Below, piece after piece: positions 10,036 through 20,350 of a stretch of 64,000 nucleotides of DNA. The notes under the pieces were generated by a model. It saw only the letters and a list, made by a program, of their open reading frames with translations, was not told the origin of the DNA and ran no database searches. Each line of letters starts with the position of its first letter. Position 1 is the stretch's first letter. This DNA comes from a virus (lineage: Duplodnaviria > Heunggongvirae > Uroviricota > Caudoviricetes). Where the stretch lies: positions 1-64,000 of IMG/VR virus record IMGVR_UViG_3300045020_000158, one strand, 5' to 3'. Made by a program: the position numbers and the translations under genes.

Positions 10036-10271
10036 GCAATCGCCGCGCTCTCACGTGTAGCATAATGTTGCCGCGTTCTAACTCCGCACGAGGTGTTGGA
10101 ACAAACAACCGCGACCGTGTAGTTATCATTCTGCCCGCGCCGCTCGCCATCGTTGAACGCGCCTTCATGGCCGCAGAACGGCCAGCGCTTCAGACTCGCA
10201 TCGGTATCCAGATAATGGAAATGATTTTTCGCGAACATCTCAAGGCCGGCGACGGTGGTAATTTTGTTCAT
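10017..10271 (-). CDS. Lar-family restriction alleviation protein
   Basis: WPFCGHEGAF...VVCSNTSCGVRTRQHYATRESAAIAWNRRA matches the Lar/Lar_restr_allev pattern (CPFCG...C..C...WNRR). Confidence 0.6.
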   Translation of the reverse strand: MNKITTVAGLEMFAKNHFHYLDTDASLKRWPFCGHEGAFNDGERRGQNDNYTVAVVCSNTSCGVRTRQHYATRESAAIAWNRRA

Positions 10272-10443
10272 CGCGCTTCCTCCACAGGAATCGGGCAGAT
10301 TCGCTCGAGGAATTTGCGCACGACAAGTTTCTTACGCTGATCTTCAAGTTGGATTCGCAAAAATTCAGGCCACGAATTTTCAAATTCGATGTTGGCCTCG
10401 CGGCGAGCGAGATCCAGCAATGCAGCATAGTTCAATGGCTCAT

Positions 10444-10893
10444 TCATGGAGCCACATCCGGCTTTCCGACAGTTTCCGCAACGGGCGCAGGCACCAGCTC
10501 AATCGCCTGCGCCTTCTGGCGCGCGACGTAGCGCTGAGCTGCGGCCAGCACGATCCGCAACGCATCGTTGTCGAGATCATCCAGGGCATTCGTGACCTCG
10601 AGCTCGCGGGGGCAGAGTTTGACGATGGCGCCCACGTAGGCACGCGGATCTTCCTTGCACAGCCGCTCAATCGCATCGACGCCGTTTTTTTCGAAGTGCG
10701 CCGCCAAAGCGTTTAGGAAGTCCCCGGTGAGGCGACGACGCGCCCCCTTTGCTTGGCCCCCGGGATTTCCCGATTGGCCTTTCTGGAACCACGTGCTTCG
10801 CGGAGGGGGGACTGGATTGGGATTTCCTGAGCCGATCATCGATTTATGCCCGATCTCTGCTGCTGAGGCTGCAGCGCAAGCGGCGTATACCAC
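10444..10893 (-). CDS. DUF5681-like phage protein (possible terminase small subunit-like)
   Basis: Contains the WFQKGQSGNPGGQAKG motif typical of DUF5681 phage proteins. Confidence 0.45.
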   Translation of the reverse strand: MVYAACAAASAAEIGHKSMIGSGNPNPVPPPRSTWFQKGQSGNPGGQAKGARRRLTGDFLNALAAHFEKNGVDAIERLCKEDPRAYVGAIVKLCPRELEVTNALDDLDNDALRIVLAAAQRYVARQKAQAIELVPAPVAETVGKPDVAP

Positions 10894-10924
10894 ATCGCGA
10901 GCGAAAACGGAAGCGATTTTCTCA

Positions 10925-11095
10925 GTCGTCTCAAATCAAGTGGAACCCCGCGAGGGCTCGCTTTCTATCCCAAGCTTTTGATAAATCTAAAAAAAATCAT
11001 TAAAAGGTGGAACCCGTGGAACCCTGATAACAAAGTTGTCCATAGCGCGCGCATGTAAAAACTTTGTTTAGAGGATTCCACGGGGTCCACTTTGT
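10925..11095. repeat. iteron-like repeat cluster (candidate replication origin)
   Basis: Motif GTGGAACCC(C/G) occurs at about 10931, 11006 and 11015 (tandem GGTGGAACCCGTGGAACCC) and inverted (GGATTCCACGGGGTCCAC) at about 11071, in an AT-rich spacer immediately 3' of the primase-helicase gene. Confidence 0.5.
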
Positions 11096-11114
11096 CCATT
11101 CCAAGTCCATGATT

Positions 11115-13823
11115 TCATTCATTTTCATGGTCGTTCTCCGGCTCCTTTTTTTCGCCATAACGGGTATTATCCGACGCCGGAACCGCCTTCAGATTTAGAC
11201 TGATTCCAAGAAAGGAATTGCCCGAATTCTTGACTGCCTTCGGGTATCCGAGCTTCGCCATCTCCCGCGGAAGGTCATTGGAATTGATCCATTTGAGTCC
11301 GTTAATCGCACAGAAACGTTGGTAGTGCTTGAAGAAAGTACTCGTTTTCTCATGCTTGCCTCGACCCAATGCGCGCTCATTTTTCGGATCAGAGTCGCAA
11401 CACTCTTCAATGAATTTTCCCAAAGTATCGGAATTTTTCCGATAGGCCTCGACGGCATCCAGAACGGCTTGTGGTGGATTCAATTTTTTCAATCTCTGCC
11501 ATTCCAGACATCCTTCCACGCACCACTTGAGAATACCCGACATTTCGTTCTGTTTGATTTCGGTGAGCAGGTTCGAATTTTTGATAGCTTCCGGCACTGG
11601 GATTTCAAACGGCACGAGCTGAACCCGACGCCAGATTCCTTTGTCGCGCCCGCTGATTTCCGGCTTGTGATTGCCGCGGAGAACCAACTTGTGAGTGGGT
11701 TGAAAATTAAAAGCTTCCTTGTATTTGAATTCACCGCGCAACGTATCTCCGCCAGTCATGTTCTTGAGCTTCTGCTCATTGAATTTCTGGCCTTCGCTGG
11801 TCTCGTTCATGATGCACAGCCGTGCTCCGCGAAGCTGGGCGATGTCATTTGCGATGTCTTTGACGTGGCCTGTCGCCATGAGCATGGACGGATCGCCGGC
11901 GACCGCATAATCAGCCAGGACGGTATGTAAAACCTCAGAAAACACAGACTTTCCATTTTCCCCTTCACCGTGAAGAAACAGGAATATCTGCTCAGAAACT
12001 TCGCCCGTCAGGCAATATCCACAGACACGTTTCAAATATTGGTAAAGCTCCTGGCCGCTTTGTTTCGCAGCTGCATCTTCTGAATTGGCGCCAGTCGATT
12101 GCAACATGAAAGATTCCCACCGCTCGCATTCCGCGTGGGGGTAATATTCGATGGGCACCAGTTTTGTAATCAGGTTTTCCCGATCGTGCGGATGAAGCTC
12201 TCCAGTTTTCAGATCCAACGTTCCATTCGCTACATTCAACAACCAGGGATTGGTATCGAACTCTGAAAATTTCCGGGGGATGCCCTGCTCCGAACGCGCC
12301 ATGTACAGCATTCCCTCAATGCCTTTTTTGGATTCACTTCGCTTGGCATGTTGGAAAATTTCATCCCGATTCGAAGCAGTCGACAATTCGTCAAAAATAG
12401 CCAGCGCGGTCTCCTTTGCACGAGCCTGAATAGCGACAGCTTTGGGGTCCATCTCCCAGCGTTTGCCGTCCCATACCAGCCAATCCGTCTCGGCCGTATA
12501 GGCAATATTTTCTCCATGCCGCTTGACGAGCCGTACTCCATTAGCGATATCGGTATCATTGAATCCCGCAGGCTCCCGGAATGGCCCGCGCAAGTTTGAC
12601 TTATCCTTTTTTGATTCGAGCGTTTTTTGTCGCTCTTTGCGCAGAGTATCAAGCGTTATGACGCGCGCGCCCAGTTCCTTTGCAACCTGTTCGCGAATGC
12701 GGTCATAAGAAAGATCATCCAGTCGCGCAAGTTGATCAATCCGGTCAGCTTCAGGAGTTGGCGCAGGCGCTTCAATAACTCCATCTTGATTAGCAGCGCG
12801 ATTTTCAGTGCTTTCATTGCCTGATAAACGGGGACGACGTGACTCCCCATATTTACGAACCGCCGTTTCGGCGTAATCGCCTGCGCGTTCACTGAAATTG
12901 ATTCCATCCGCGTTGAGCGAATTCGGCCCAAGCAATTCCTTGAGAAGCGCTTCGATATCTCCCGCCAGCATCCCTTTGGCTGCAAGTCTCGAACTCAGCG
13001 ACAGGCAGCTCTGATGCCGATCATGCCCCTCCCGGATATTCCGCCGCAGTTGCTCGTCCGTGGTCTCATCCCGCGCATGCGTGCCGTTGGCCTTGAATCC
13101 GGCGTAGTACTGCGGCTCGAGATCCACCGCCTGATCGACGCACCGGCCCTCGATCTGATACACCTGATAGTCAGCGCCGCGGACCCGGCCGATATAGAAG
13201 GATTGACTGAGCGTGAAGGATTCCCGGCTCGCGATGCCGCCCAAGGCGCGATTGGCGCGCGCCAGGTATTCCCCGCGCTTCTCTGGTGGGGCTGCTTCCG
13301 AAAACGGCAGGATGGCCCGCCAGCGCGGCTTGGCGGGGGTATGCGAAGGCGATGTATAGATCACGGTGCACAACCGGGCCGCTTCCAGCATGGCGGCGCC
13401 ACGCTCGGGCGAGATCAGCTCACCGTCATAATCGAGTTCCGCCCCATAAGCACGAACCACATTCGCCGCATGCCGCAGGATGGGCCGCGTTGCGCTGTTA
13501 CTGAGCAGCGTCCCATACTCGCACAAACTGACGAGTGGGCAATGCGCCTTATCAGGATAAGCGTCGCTGGAGCGGATCTTTCCGACCAGTTCTTCCCAGG
13601 CCACATCCGAGCGATCAATCTTAGTTTTGGGCCATACGTCGGGGAAAAGCGTATAACTGATCAGCAAGCGGCCGGTATCAGCGCCGTTCTGCAAAATCTC
13701 CATCGCTATCCTTCGGCGACGGAGTTTTCCATTTGAACGCGTGAAAATCGCTCGCCGAGCCTGATTTCCAGCTCCAGAAGCCGCAGCATGGCCTCCGGAA
13801 TCGTATTGATGCCGGCATGCCAC
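11115..13823 (-). CDS. DNA primase-helicase (D5/P4-type; primase plus SF3 helicase)
   Basis: 902 aa. C-terminal P-loop LFLHGEGENGKSVFSEVL and D5_N-like region (DGKRWEMDPKAVAIQ) typical of phage/plasmid primase P4-family C-terminal domains. N-terminal primase-like region. Confidence 0.85.
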   Translation of the reverse strand: MACRHQYDSGGHAAASGAGNQARRAIFTRSNGKLRRRRIAMEILQNGADTGRLLISYTLFPDVWPKTKIDRSDVAWEELVGKIRSSDAYPDKAHCPLVSLCEYGTLLSNSATRPILRHAANVVRAYGAELDYDGELISPERGAAMLEAARLCTVIYTSPSHTPAKPRWRAILPFSEAAPPEKRGEYLARANRALGGIASRESFTLSQSFYIGRVRGADYQVYQIEGRCVDQAVDLEPQYYAGFKANGTHARDETTDEQLRRNIREGHDRHQSCLSLSSRLAAKGMLAGDIEALLKELLGPNSLNADGINFSERAGDYAETAVRKYGESRRPRLSGNESTENRAANQDGVIEAPAPTPEADRIDQLARLDDLSYDRIREQVAKELGARVITLDTLRKERQKTLESKKDKSNLRGPFREPAGFNDTDIANGVRLVKRHGENIAYTAETDWLVWDGKRWEMDPKAVAIQARAKETALAIFDELSTASNRDEIFQHAKRSESKKGIEGMLYMARSEQGIPRKFSEFDTNPWLLNVANGTLDLKTGELHPHDRENLITKLVPIEYYPHAECERWESFMLQSTGANSEDAAAKQSGQELYQYLKRVCGYCLTGEVSEQIFLFLHGEGENGKSVFSEVLHTVLADYAVAGDPSMLMATGHVKDIANDIAQLRGARLCIMNETSEGQKFNEQKLKNMTGGDTLRGEFKYKEAFNFQPTHKLVLRGNHKPEISGRDKGIWRRVQLVPFEIPVPEAIKNSNLLTEIKQNEMSGILKWCVEGCLEWQRLKKLNPPQAVLDAVEAYRKNSDTLGKFIEECCDSDPKNERALGRGKHEKTSTFFKHYQRFCAINGLKWINSNDLPREMAKLGYPKAVKNSGNSFLGISLNLKAVPASDNTRYGEKKEPENDHENE

Positions 13824-13936
13824 GATTTGACATAGACGGGATTGCGGTAGAGGATGCGGCCGACTTCGGGCGGGGTAAGCTTGTGCGAACGCATAAGCTG
13901 CCGTAGCCGCTGGGTGCGGCCGTCGAATTTGGACAT
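13706..13936 (-). CDS. small HTH DNA-binding protein
   Basis: LTPPEVGRILYRNPVYVKSW helix-turn-helix-like segment; 76 aa; sits upstream of the primase. Confidence 0.45.
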   Translation of the reverse strand: MSKFDGRTQRLRQLMRSHKLTPPEVGRILYRNPVYVKSWHAGINTIPEAMLRLLELEIRLGERFSRVQMENSVAEG

Positions 13937-14244
13937 GAGACCCCCGGAACGGGTTAGACTTTCTGCTTAGCTAGCGAATCTAGCGCTATCGGGGGCTGGG
14001 CACAAGGGGTTATGACAAAATTACTTCGCCATCCCGCCAGCCCTCAAACGCCCCGCAGCGCCTGCCTCCGACGCGCGTGCGTGCGGTTACCTCGGCACCA
14101 TGGACAGCCGCCACGATGGCCGCAGGAGCGCGAGGCGTGCTGGGATTCGCCGTCGTGCAGGGGCTTGCCCGTCTTACGGTGTTTGCGTTTGGTCCGGCTC
14201 ATAATCGTCTTTTCGGGTAGTGGGTCAGTTTGAATTTCCGACCG

Positions 14245-14523
14245 CTAGCGCCAGCTCACGATCCTCGTGAACAGCACAAGGGGCTCCAGCTTGAGCGCCT
14301 TGGCGATCTCCATAAATTCGACCAGGTCGAGACGGCGCCGCCCGGTTTCTACTTTCGCAAGTGTCGTCTGATCCCATCCCAGCCACTTGGGTAATCGCTC
14401 GACCAAATCGCGCTGCGTCAATCCTGCCTCTCGACGGCTTGCCTGAATAATCGTCACAACGGCGCGGTTCTTTCCGCGCCACGAGCTGGTCAACATGTGG
14501 CTCTCGAACCCCGAGGAGCGCAC
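14245..14523 (-). CDS. XRE-family HTH transcriptional regulator
   Basis: IIQASRREAGLTQRDLVERLPKWLGWDQTTLAKVETGRR is a classic Cro/C1-type HTH. Confidence 0.65.
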   Translation of the reverse strand: MRSSGFESHMLTSSWRGKNRAVVTIIQASRREAGLTQRDLVERLPKWLGWDQTTLAKVETGRRRLDLVEFMEIAKALKLEPLVLFTRIVSWR

Positions 14524-14598
14524 ACATTCCCCTATCGCCTCTCGAATGCTAATTTGACGTTATTGATGCGAATATCGCATCGACGGCAGGAAGCGGCA

Positions 14599-14976
14599 AT
14601 GCAACCAAAGCCCCGTCACCGGCTCCACGTCCACGTCTCCATGTTGATCTCAATCGGCCTCACGGCAGGGTGCGTGACGAACCCACCGATTCCAATAGCA
14701 GACGACCTATCGGTGCCCGTGGCACTCGTACGGCCGGTATGCGAGACGTGGGACTATCCGCACATCGCGCCCGGCGCACACTGGGACGGCCACGCACGCT
14801 TTGTATGGACCACCAATAAGGAAGTAATAGCTGTCGATTGCTCGCTGACCCGCGTAGGAACCGACGGCCTGGACACCGTGGAAACGCGCGTTGATATTCG
14901 CGAGGAACGGGCGAAGGCGCTACGGGATTTCCTGACTCAGAACGATATTCCTGTACGAGCACCTTGGGAGCAATAG
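14599..14976 (+). CDS. putative lipoprotein
   Basis: Internal ATG gives MQPKPRHRLHVHVSMLISIGLTAGCV, i.e. a signal peptide plus an LTAGC lipobox. Confidence 0.45.
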   Translation: MQPKPRHRLHVHVSMLISIGLTAGCVTNPPIPIADDLSVPVALVRPVCETWDYPHIAPGAHWDGHARFVWTTNKEVIAVDCSLTRVGTDGLDTVETRVDIREERAKALRDFLTQNDIPVRAPWEQ

Positions 14977-15026
14977 ACTTGCGCAATCATATTGAGGATA
15001 CGCCGTAGTCGTGGGAGACTTCCGCC

Positions 15027-15248
15027 ATGCCTAACCGTTCAAGTAAGCGCCCACGGGACATCAACAGCCTCGCCAAGTTCATTACGGACGTGGCGACCGG
15101 AGCTATTGAGCCGGGCAAGAGCGCCGCTCCAAATCAACGTAAGGGCGGCCTAAAGGGTGGCAAGCGTCGCGCCCAAACTCTCACACCCGAGCAGTTGTCC
15201 GAAATTGCTCGGCTTGGTGCGCAAGCCCGTTGGAAGAAGAAGACCTAG
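15027..15248 (+). CDS. small basic protein
   Basis: 73 aa, Lys/Arg-rich C-terminus; function unknown. Confidence 0.3.
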   Translation: MPNRSSKRPRDINSLAKFITDVATGAIEPGKSAAPNQRKGGLKGGKRRAQTLTPEQLSEIARLGAQARWKKKT

Positions 15249-15781
15249 GCAGCCTTGTCGTCTTCGTCGGGCGCATTCTTGCGCCATGTAACATCTAACG
15301 TCAGGTCCAACGACAGATTAATCGGGTCCTCATCGGCGTGGATGCTATTCCAATGATCTGCATCCAGTGATAGTTGCAAGCCATCGCCGACCATTTGTTC
15401 ACGACGCTGAACCAGCGACTTGAGCATCGGCCCCCTGTCGATCTCATCGATGTCAACCCACAGAGTGAACTGATGGGCACCCGTTCGCGTGGTAACTGCG
15501 TGATTTGCCCGATAGGGCTTGCCTGTCACGCTGTCGTGCCGAATTTCTTCGCGCGCGGCCTCTGAAAACTGCTTCGCGAGCGCATCCCGGGGATCAGTCG
15601 GCTTTGGAAGCGGCCAACCTTTTTTGATCGCGAAGTCTACAACTTCGTGCATGTCGATCTCGCGAGCACCTGTCTCTTCTTTGTACAGACGGATTACCCG
15701 CTGCATTTGCCTTTTCTTAGAAAGCATCGAAGTGGTCATCCTTACGTTAGAAACCAACCGGGGCAATATCGCCCCAGCCAT
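15245..15781 (-). CDS. hypothetical protein
   Basis: 178-aa ORF downstream of, and overlapping, the HTH-ImmA gene. Confidence 0.4.
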   Translation of the reverse strand: MAGAILPRLVSNVRMTTSMLSKKRQMQRVIRLYKEETGAREIDMHEVVDFAIKKGWPLPKPTDPRDALAKQFSEAAREEIRHDSVTGKPYRANHAVTTRTGAHQFTLWVDIDEIDRGPMLKSLVQRREQMVGDGLQLSLDADHWNSIHADEDPINLSLDLTLDVTWRKNAPDEDDKAA

Positions 15782-16886
15782 CGACCATCGCGCTGGGCGC
15801 GATGCAAGATCTAATTTTTACCAAATGATTTCTGAATCGATCATATCTCCCCAGGTAGTGCTGTAATTGCCCAGCAACCAGACCTGGGTGCACGCCCAAC
15901 GTCTTGGCGAATCCAAGAATGTCGCGCTCCGCAAAGAAAGGATTTTTTCTAATAACAAACTCAAGAAGATCGCTGCGTGAGATACAGAATTCGGCAGCGG
16001 CCTCGTTCGCTACCCGCTCTTCTTCGGGGATATCTGCACCTGTACCCGCACGCTCACCTTCTAGCTCTGTATCGAGATATGCAGCTGCGCGACCGTGCCC
16101 TTGCAGAACATGCTCTATTTCGTGGCGTAGAACGAACCAGAAGTTATCAATGCGATCATGACGAAGCGACATGCCAATGACTGGGGAATGCTCATCGAGC
16201 CAGAAACAAACACCATCAATTTTTGCCGATGGAAGAGATTCAACAATTGCGAATCGAATTCCGCACTCGGCAAGTATGCGCGGAACTTTACGCGCCTCTT
16301 CTGGGGCGGAAAGCAACCCTTTCAACTTCGAGAGCGCGGAACGTAAGGGCGCCACAGAGTAGCGCGGTACAACCATCTCACTAGTGATCTCTTTCACCCG
16401 ATACAGCCACGCCAGTTGAGTAGAGGTTACCTCCATGGCCACCTGTGTCTTCTTTGCTGCGTGAGGAAGGATCTCAATGTCATCGACGGATTGAGCGCCA
16501 AAGAACTTCGTCAGTGCGCGTTCTACACCTTCGACATTGCGCACATCATCGACATCAGTTAGCCATCCGCGCTTAATCATCTCAGCCACAGGCAGCCCAC
16601 CAAACAGATGGGCGCGTTTATTCCGGCCCGGGTCGGGTCGTGCCGCAATTCGGGCTTTCGCTAGGTCGTATGCCTTCTGAAGCTCCAAGAATCTCTCGGC
16701 AGCTACGTTAAATACGTCCTGCAACTGCAGCGCGATCTCAGCCGTAAATGGACGCTTGTCGGCCGCCAGCTTGTTAACGGCGGTCTCATCCATGCCGAGC
16801 ACTATGGCGAGGACTCTTTGAGTCCAACCCTTTGTGCTCAGGAGGGATATAAGTAATTGACCAGGCGTGCGAAATTCATCATCCAT
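15747..16886 (-). CDS. XRE-HTH / ImmA-IrrE family metallopeptidase fusion regulator
   Basis: N-terminal HTH (GWTQRVLAIVLGMDETAVNKL). C-terminal zinc-peptidase HEXXH (FVLRHEIEHVLQGHG), as in ImmA/IrrE anti-repressor proteases. Confidence 0.8.
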   Translation of the reverse strand: MDDEFRTPGQLLISLLSTKGWTQRVLAIVLGMDETAVNKLAADKRPFTAEIALQLQDVFNVAAERFLELQKAYDLAKARIAARPDPGRNKRAHLFGGLPVAEMIKRGWLTDVDDVRNVEGVERALTKFFGAQSVDDIEILPHAAKKTQVAMEVTSTQLAWLYRVKEITSEMVVPRYSVAPLRSALSKLKGLLSAPEEARKVPRILAECGIRFAIVESLPSAKIDGVCFWLDEHSPVIGMSLRHDRIDNFWFVLRHEIEHVLQGHGRAAAYLDTELEGERAGTGADIPEEERVANEAAAEFCISRSDLLEFVIRKNPFFAERDILGFAKTLGVHPGLVAGQLQHYLGRYDRFRNHLVKIRSCIAPSAMVDGWGDIAPVGF

Positions 16887-16932
16887 AAGCTTATACTATA
16901 GAACCTGCGCAATTTAGCAAATTGACCTAAAT

Positions 16933-16959
16933 GCTTGACTGAAACTGATTCAGTCAAGC
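16933..16959. promoter_or_regulatory. perfect palindrome (candidate operator) in divergent intergenic region
   Basis: GCTTGACTGAA-ACTGA-TTCAGTCAAGC (11-bp arms) between the HTH-ImmA gene start and the transposase start. Confidence 0.4.
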
Positions 16960-16962
16960 ATA

Positions 16963-17829
16963 ATGGTCACATTGAAGGATGTGGCCATGAACAAGCTCAG
17001 TATCAAAGAACGCGCCCGAATCCTCGCCTGCCTCGTCGAAGGCAATTCCATTCGCGCCACGGTTCGTATGACCGGTGCGGCCAAGAACACCGTGGTCAAG
17101 TTGCTGGCCGATGTCGGCGCGGCTTGCGCCGCCTATCAGGACAAGACGCTGCGGAACCTGCCGTGCAAGCGCCTCCAGTGCGATGAAATTTGGTCGTTCG
17201 TATACGCGAAGGCGAAGAACGTCCCGACCGCGAAAGCCGCTCCAGAAGGCGCTGGTGATGCCTGGACGTGGACGGCCATTGACGCCGACACTAAGCTCGT
17301 CGCCGCGTGGATGATCGGCCCGCGCGATAGCGGCGTCGCATACGACTTTATGCAGGATCTGGCTGGCCGCTTGGCCAATCGGGTGCAACTTACGACGGAC
17401 GGACTGAAGGCGTATCTGGAAGCCACGGAAGCCGCCTTCGGTTCTGACATCGACTTCGCGCAGCTCGTGAAAATCTACGGAGAGCCGGCGAACAAGGGGC
17501 CGGAGCGCAAGTACAGCCCTGAGAATTTTTGCGGGACCAAGGTGACGACCGTGACCGGCGATCCCGATGCCAAGCACATCAGCACGAGCTACGTCGAGCG
17601 CCAGAACCTCACGATGCGGATGAGCATGCGGCGGTTCACGCGCCTGACGAACGGCTTCTCAAAGAAGCTGGAGAACCTCGGTCACGCCGTGGCGCTCCAC
17701 TTCATGTACTACAATTTCGCGCGCATCCACCAGACGCTGCGCGTAACCCCCGCCATGGAAGCCGGGGTTTCTGATCACGTTTGGGAGCTGGAAGAGATCG
17801 CGGCCTTGGCCGATGGAAATTCAAACTGA
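16963..17829 (+). mobile_element. IS1-like family DDE transposase gene (no terminal inverted repeats identified)
   Basis: N-terminal HTH. CDEIWSFVYAKAKN...WTWTAIDADTKLVAAWMIGPRD...TTDGLKAY...ERQNLTMRMSMRRFTRLTNGFSKKLENLGHAVALHFMYYNFARIHQTLR parallels IS1 InsB (DEMWTFV...WLWYAYD...TDGWPLY...ERHNLNLRQHLARL...HYLNIKHY). Confidence 0.55.
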
Positions 17830-18171
17830 CCCACTACCTCTTTTCGCCACACCTTCACCGCCAGCTCCGGCCAGACATTCTCATACCGCGTCGGACTCAC
17901 CCTTCCGTGCCGCCGCATCAGCACGCGCTGGTAATCGCGATAGCAGTCCTTGTCGTGGCGCACCGGTAAATTATGGAGCGGACAGAGGATCACGATTTCT
18001 TCTCGACTATTCTTCGCAGTTCCACCACGTTCTCCGACGTCGGGCTGCGCCATCCTTCCCAACATCCGCAGAATTTGCCTATCGCCGCCATGTCAACGGC
18101 CGCGAGCTGTATTTTCAGCGTCTCGACCTCAAGGCGCAGACGCTTGAGTTCGGTCCGAGGCCATGTCGTTT

Positions 18172-18576
18172 TCATTGACCCATAAGAAAATTACGCAGCT
18201 TGCGCAAGAAACTGCGCGGCTTTACAGTGATCTTCGGAATCATTCCATCATCCGGACGTTCCTGAAATTTCACCCCATCCGCATAGGGCGAATGTCCCAG
18301 CCGCTTAGCGCATTTCAAACACCATCCCGAAAAATAACCATTGAAGGCGTTGCATCGGCACTGATCCGAGATGGCCGCCACAGAATCACCGAGTTGAACT
18401 GAATCAGGCACCCAGATCAGCCATCGCGGACCGACTTCGTAGGTATGGCAATTCGCGCAACGACCGCCGTGATGATCTTGCTCTGCGCGCAATCCCGCGA
18501 TCAATCCTAAACATTGGGCGGCTTCATCCACCGGTATTTCTTTGGGAGGTGGCGTTTCTTGCATTCGAATATTCAT
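18172..18576 (-). CDS. hypothetical Cys-rich protein
   Basis: 134 aa; RCANCHTYE...CRCNAF...WCLKCAKRLGH cysteine cluster. Confidence 0.3.
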   Translation of the reverse strand: MNIRMQETPPPKEIPVDEAAQCLGLIAGLRAEQDHHGGRCANCHTYEVGPRWLIWVPDSVQLGDSVAAISDQCRCNAFNGYFSGWCLKCAKRLGHSPYADGVKFQERPDDGMIPKITVKPRSFLRKLRNFLMGQ

Positions 18577-18821
18577 GATTTTTTCCTCAATCTCTTCATC
18601 GCCTTCAATTGCAACGCCACGGTCTTGCGTGCCACAATCGGCGCATGTCTCCGTTTATTCATCGTTGCCCGATTGTTGCGGCTGATCTTCATCTCAACGC
18701 GCCCGCTGCGGATACGGAATTGCAGCCGGTGCGTCAAACAACAATCGCAGCATTCCAGCCAGAAACCCTTCATGATCGGCCGATACCAGCGGTCTTCAGC
18801 ATTGATATAACTACCGGACAT
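18573..18821 (-). CDS. hypothetical protein
   Basis: 82 aa; WLECCDCCLTH motif; 4-nt overlap with the downstream ORF. Confidence 0.3.
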   Translation of the reverse strand: MSGSYINAEDRWYRPIMKGFWLECCDCCLTHRLQFRIRSGRVEMKISRNNRATMNKRRHAPIVARKTVALQLKAMKRLRKKS

Positions 18822-19186
18822 CTTCGATTCTCACTCCCATCGGCCAATAATCTGCCAAAATGCACCGCGTGACATACCGCGCCGCCTCGGTCGGATCGGC
18901 AAACGTCGCGACCCACATGCGGTCGGAGATAACGCGTTCCTCTCCATGGCAATGTTGGATGCGCAATGTATTGGGATCGACTGGCTCAAGAGTGCGTGTC
19001 ATCGCGGCCAATATCCCCGCTTCTCCAGATTAGCGAGCCAGTGAATCCCTAACGCGAATCCGCTGATGGCAATGATGTGAATGGCTTCTATCCATGTGAT
19101 ATCCGGCCATCCGAGCAATCGACTCAGCAGTTTTCCGATGAGAATTCCGCCCGACAGCAAGATCCATACGGTTTTGCGGGAGATGA

Positions 19187-19669
19187 TCACGACACTTCCT
19201 CGGTCACTTTCTTCGGCCTCCACTCGCACAACCTCCATTCTGTCGTTTCCGCCGTGTCATCGACTTCGCCATCGCGCCGTGGCGTCAGCGCCCATGCCGG
19301 CGCGCTCCATGTGCCTCCAGGGAGCATTCCCGGACGGCCTTCGACCTCAACAAGGTAATCCGCACCAGGATGGATACCGCTGTTGAACTTGCGCATGAGC
19401 CATGTGATCCGTTTTTCAACAGTGCCGGCGTGCCGTCCCACCAATGGCGGAACGATATCCTCGCGGGTGCAATGGACCCGCACGGGATCACCACGTTTGA
19501 AGATCACGGCTCCTCCACCGGCCGCTTGCGCGGCGTGAAATGCTTCGGCCATCGGCCGGGCATCGCATAGACATGGCGCCAGTGCCGCTCCAATTCGGCC
19601 CAGGTCGAAAACATTGAGCTGCAATCCGGACACGCAATGAAGTGCGGCATCAGATCCAGGTTGTGCCAT
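19187..19669 (-). CDS. hypothetical protein
   Basis: 160-aa ORF, no recognised motif. Confidence 0.3.
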   Translation of the reverse strand: MAQPGSDAALHCVSGLQLNVFDLGRIGAALAPCLCDARPMAEAFHAAQAAGGGAVIFKRGDPVRVHCTREDIVPPLVGRHAGTVEKRITWLMRKFNSGIHPGADYLVEVEGRPGMLPGGTWSAPAWALTPRRDGEVDDTAETTEWRLCEWRPKKVTEEVS

Positions 19670-20122
19670 CTTATACGTTCGTCCATATGCCCCTCGGTGC
19701 GAATTACGTTCGCAGACGCTAACATAATGGCTACTCGAATTCTACTTTCGATTTCACATCGTAATGGATCACGATCAAATCCTGCCGCTCCGTGCGGCGT
19801 CCGCGTGCGATGTCCCTCAGTTGAGCCTGTCGCTGCGTAATCGGCAGCAGATCCCGCGGGGTACAGACCTCGCAATATTGCCGTTGATACCACCGCTCAC
19901 CGATGCGGGGGTCCATGAAGACCGCGTGTCGCTTACTCAACGCCTCGATCTCGATCGGCCACCGGAGTCCCATTTGCTCCAACGCTTCCAGATTCTCATG
20001 ATTGAAATTAAGGATGTGGCGCCAGATGCCGTCCTCACATTTTACGTTGAAACAATTACCATGTGGGTAGGGTGGCGTGCCGTAGATTCCGACCATAGTG
20101 ACGTTGCCGATCTCTAGCGCTT

Positions 20123-20350
20123 TCACCGTTTTTTTCCTGTTTTGAGCCGGAATAACTCCCAGAATGCAGCGCGCATCGGAGTCACGTCGAGTTCGAAGTC
20201 CTGCCAAGTACGATAGGAGACACCGATCAGCTCAGCCGCTTCCTTGCGACTGAGACGAGCTTTGAGTCGGCACTCCCTGATCTGAGCGCCGCTCGGTTTA
20301 GCTGACGAACGCACTGATGGCCTGAGGGAGGGACGCGTCCATGCCCACAA
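20123..20350 (-). CDS. small HTH-like protein
   Basis: ECRLKARLSRKEAAELIGVSYRTWQDFE resembles an XRE-type HTH; overlaps the 3' end of rsr. Confidence 0.4.
   Translation of the reverse strand: MWAWTRPSLRPSVRSSAKPSGAQIRECRLKARLSRKEAAELIGVSYRTWQDFELDVTPMRAAFWELFRLKTGKKR

Noticed and set aside
13014-13736. 240-aa plus-strand ORF
   Set aside because: Lies entirely antisense to the well-supported primase-helicase gene. Arg/Pro/Gly-rich composition typical of spurious ORFs in GC-rich DNA.
16954-17577. 207-aa minus-strand ORF
   Set aside because: Antisense to the IS1-like transposase gene, which has clear family motifs.
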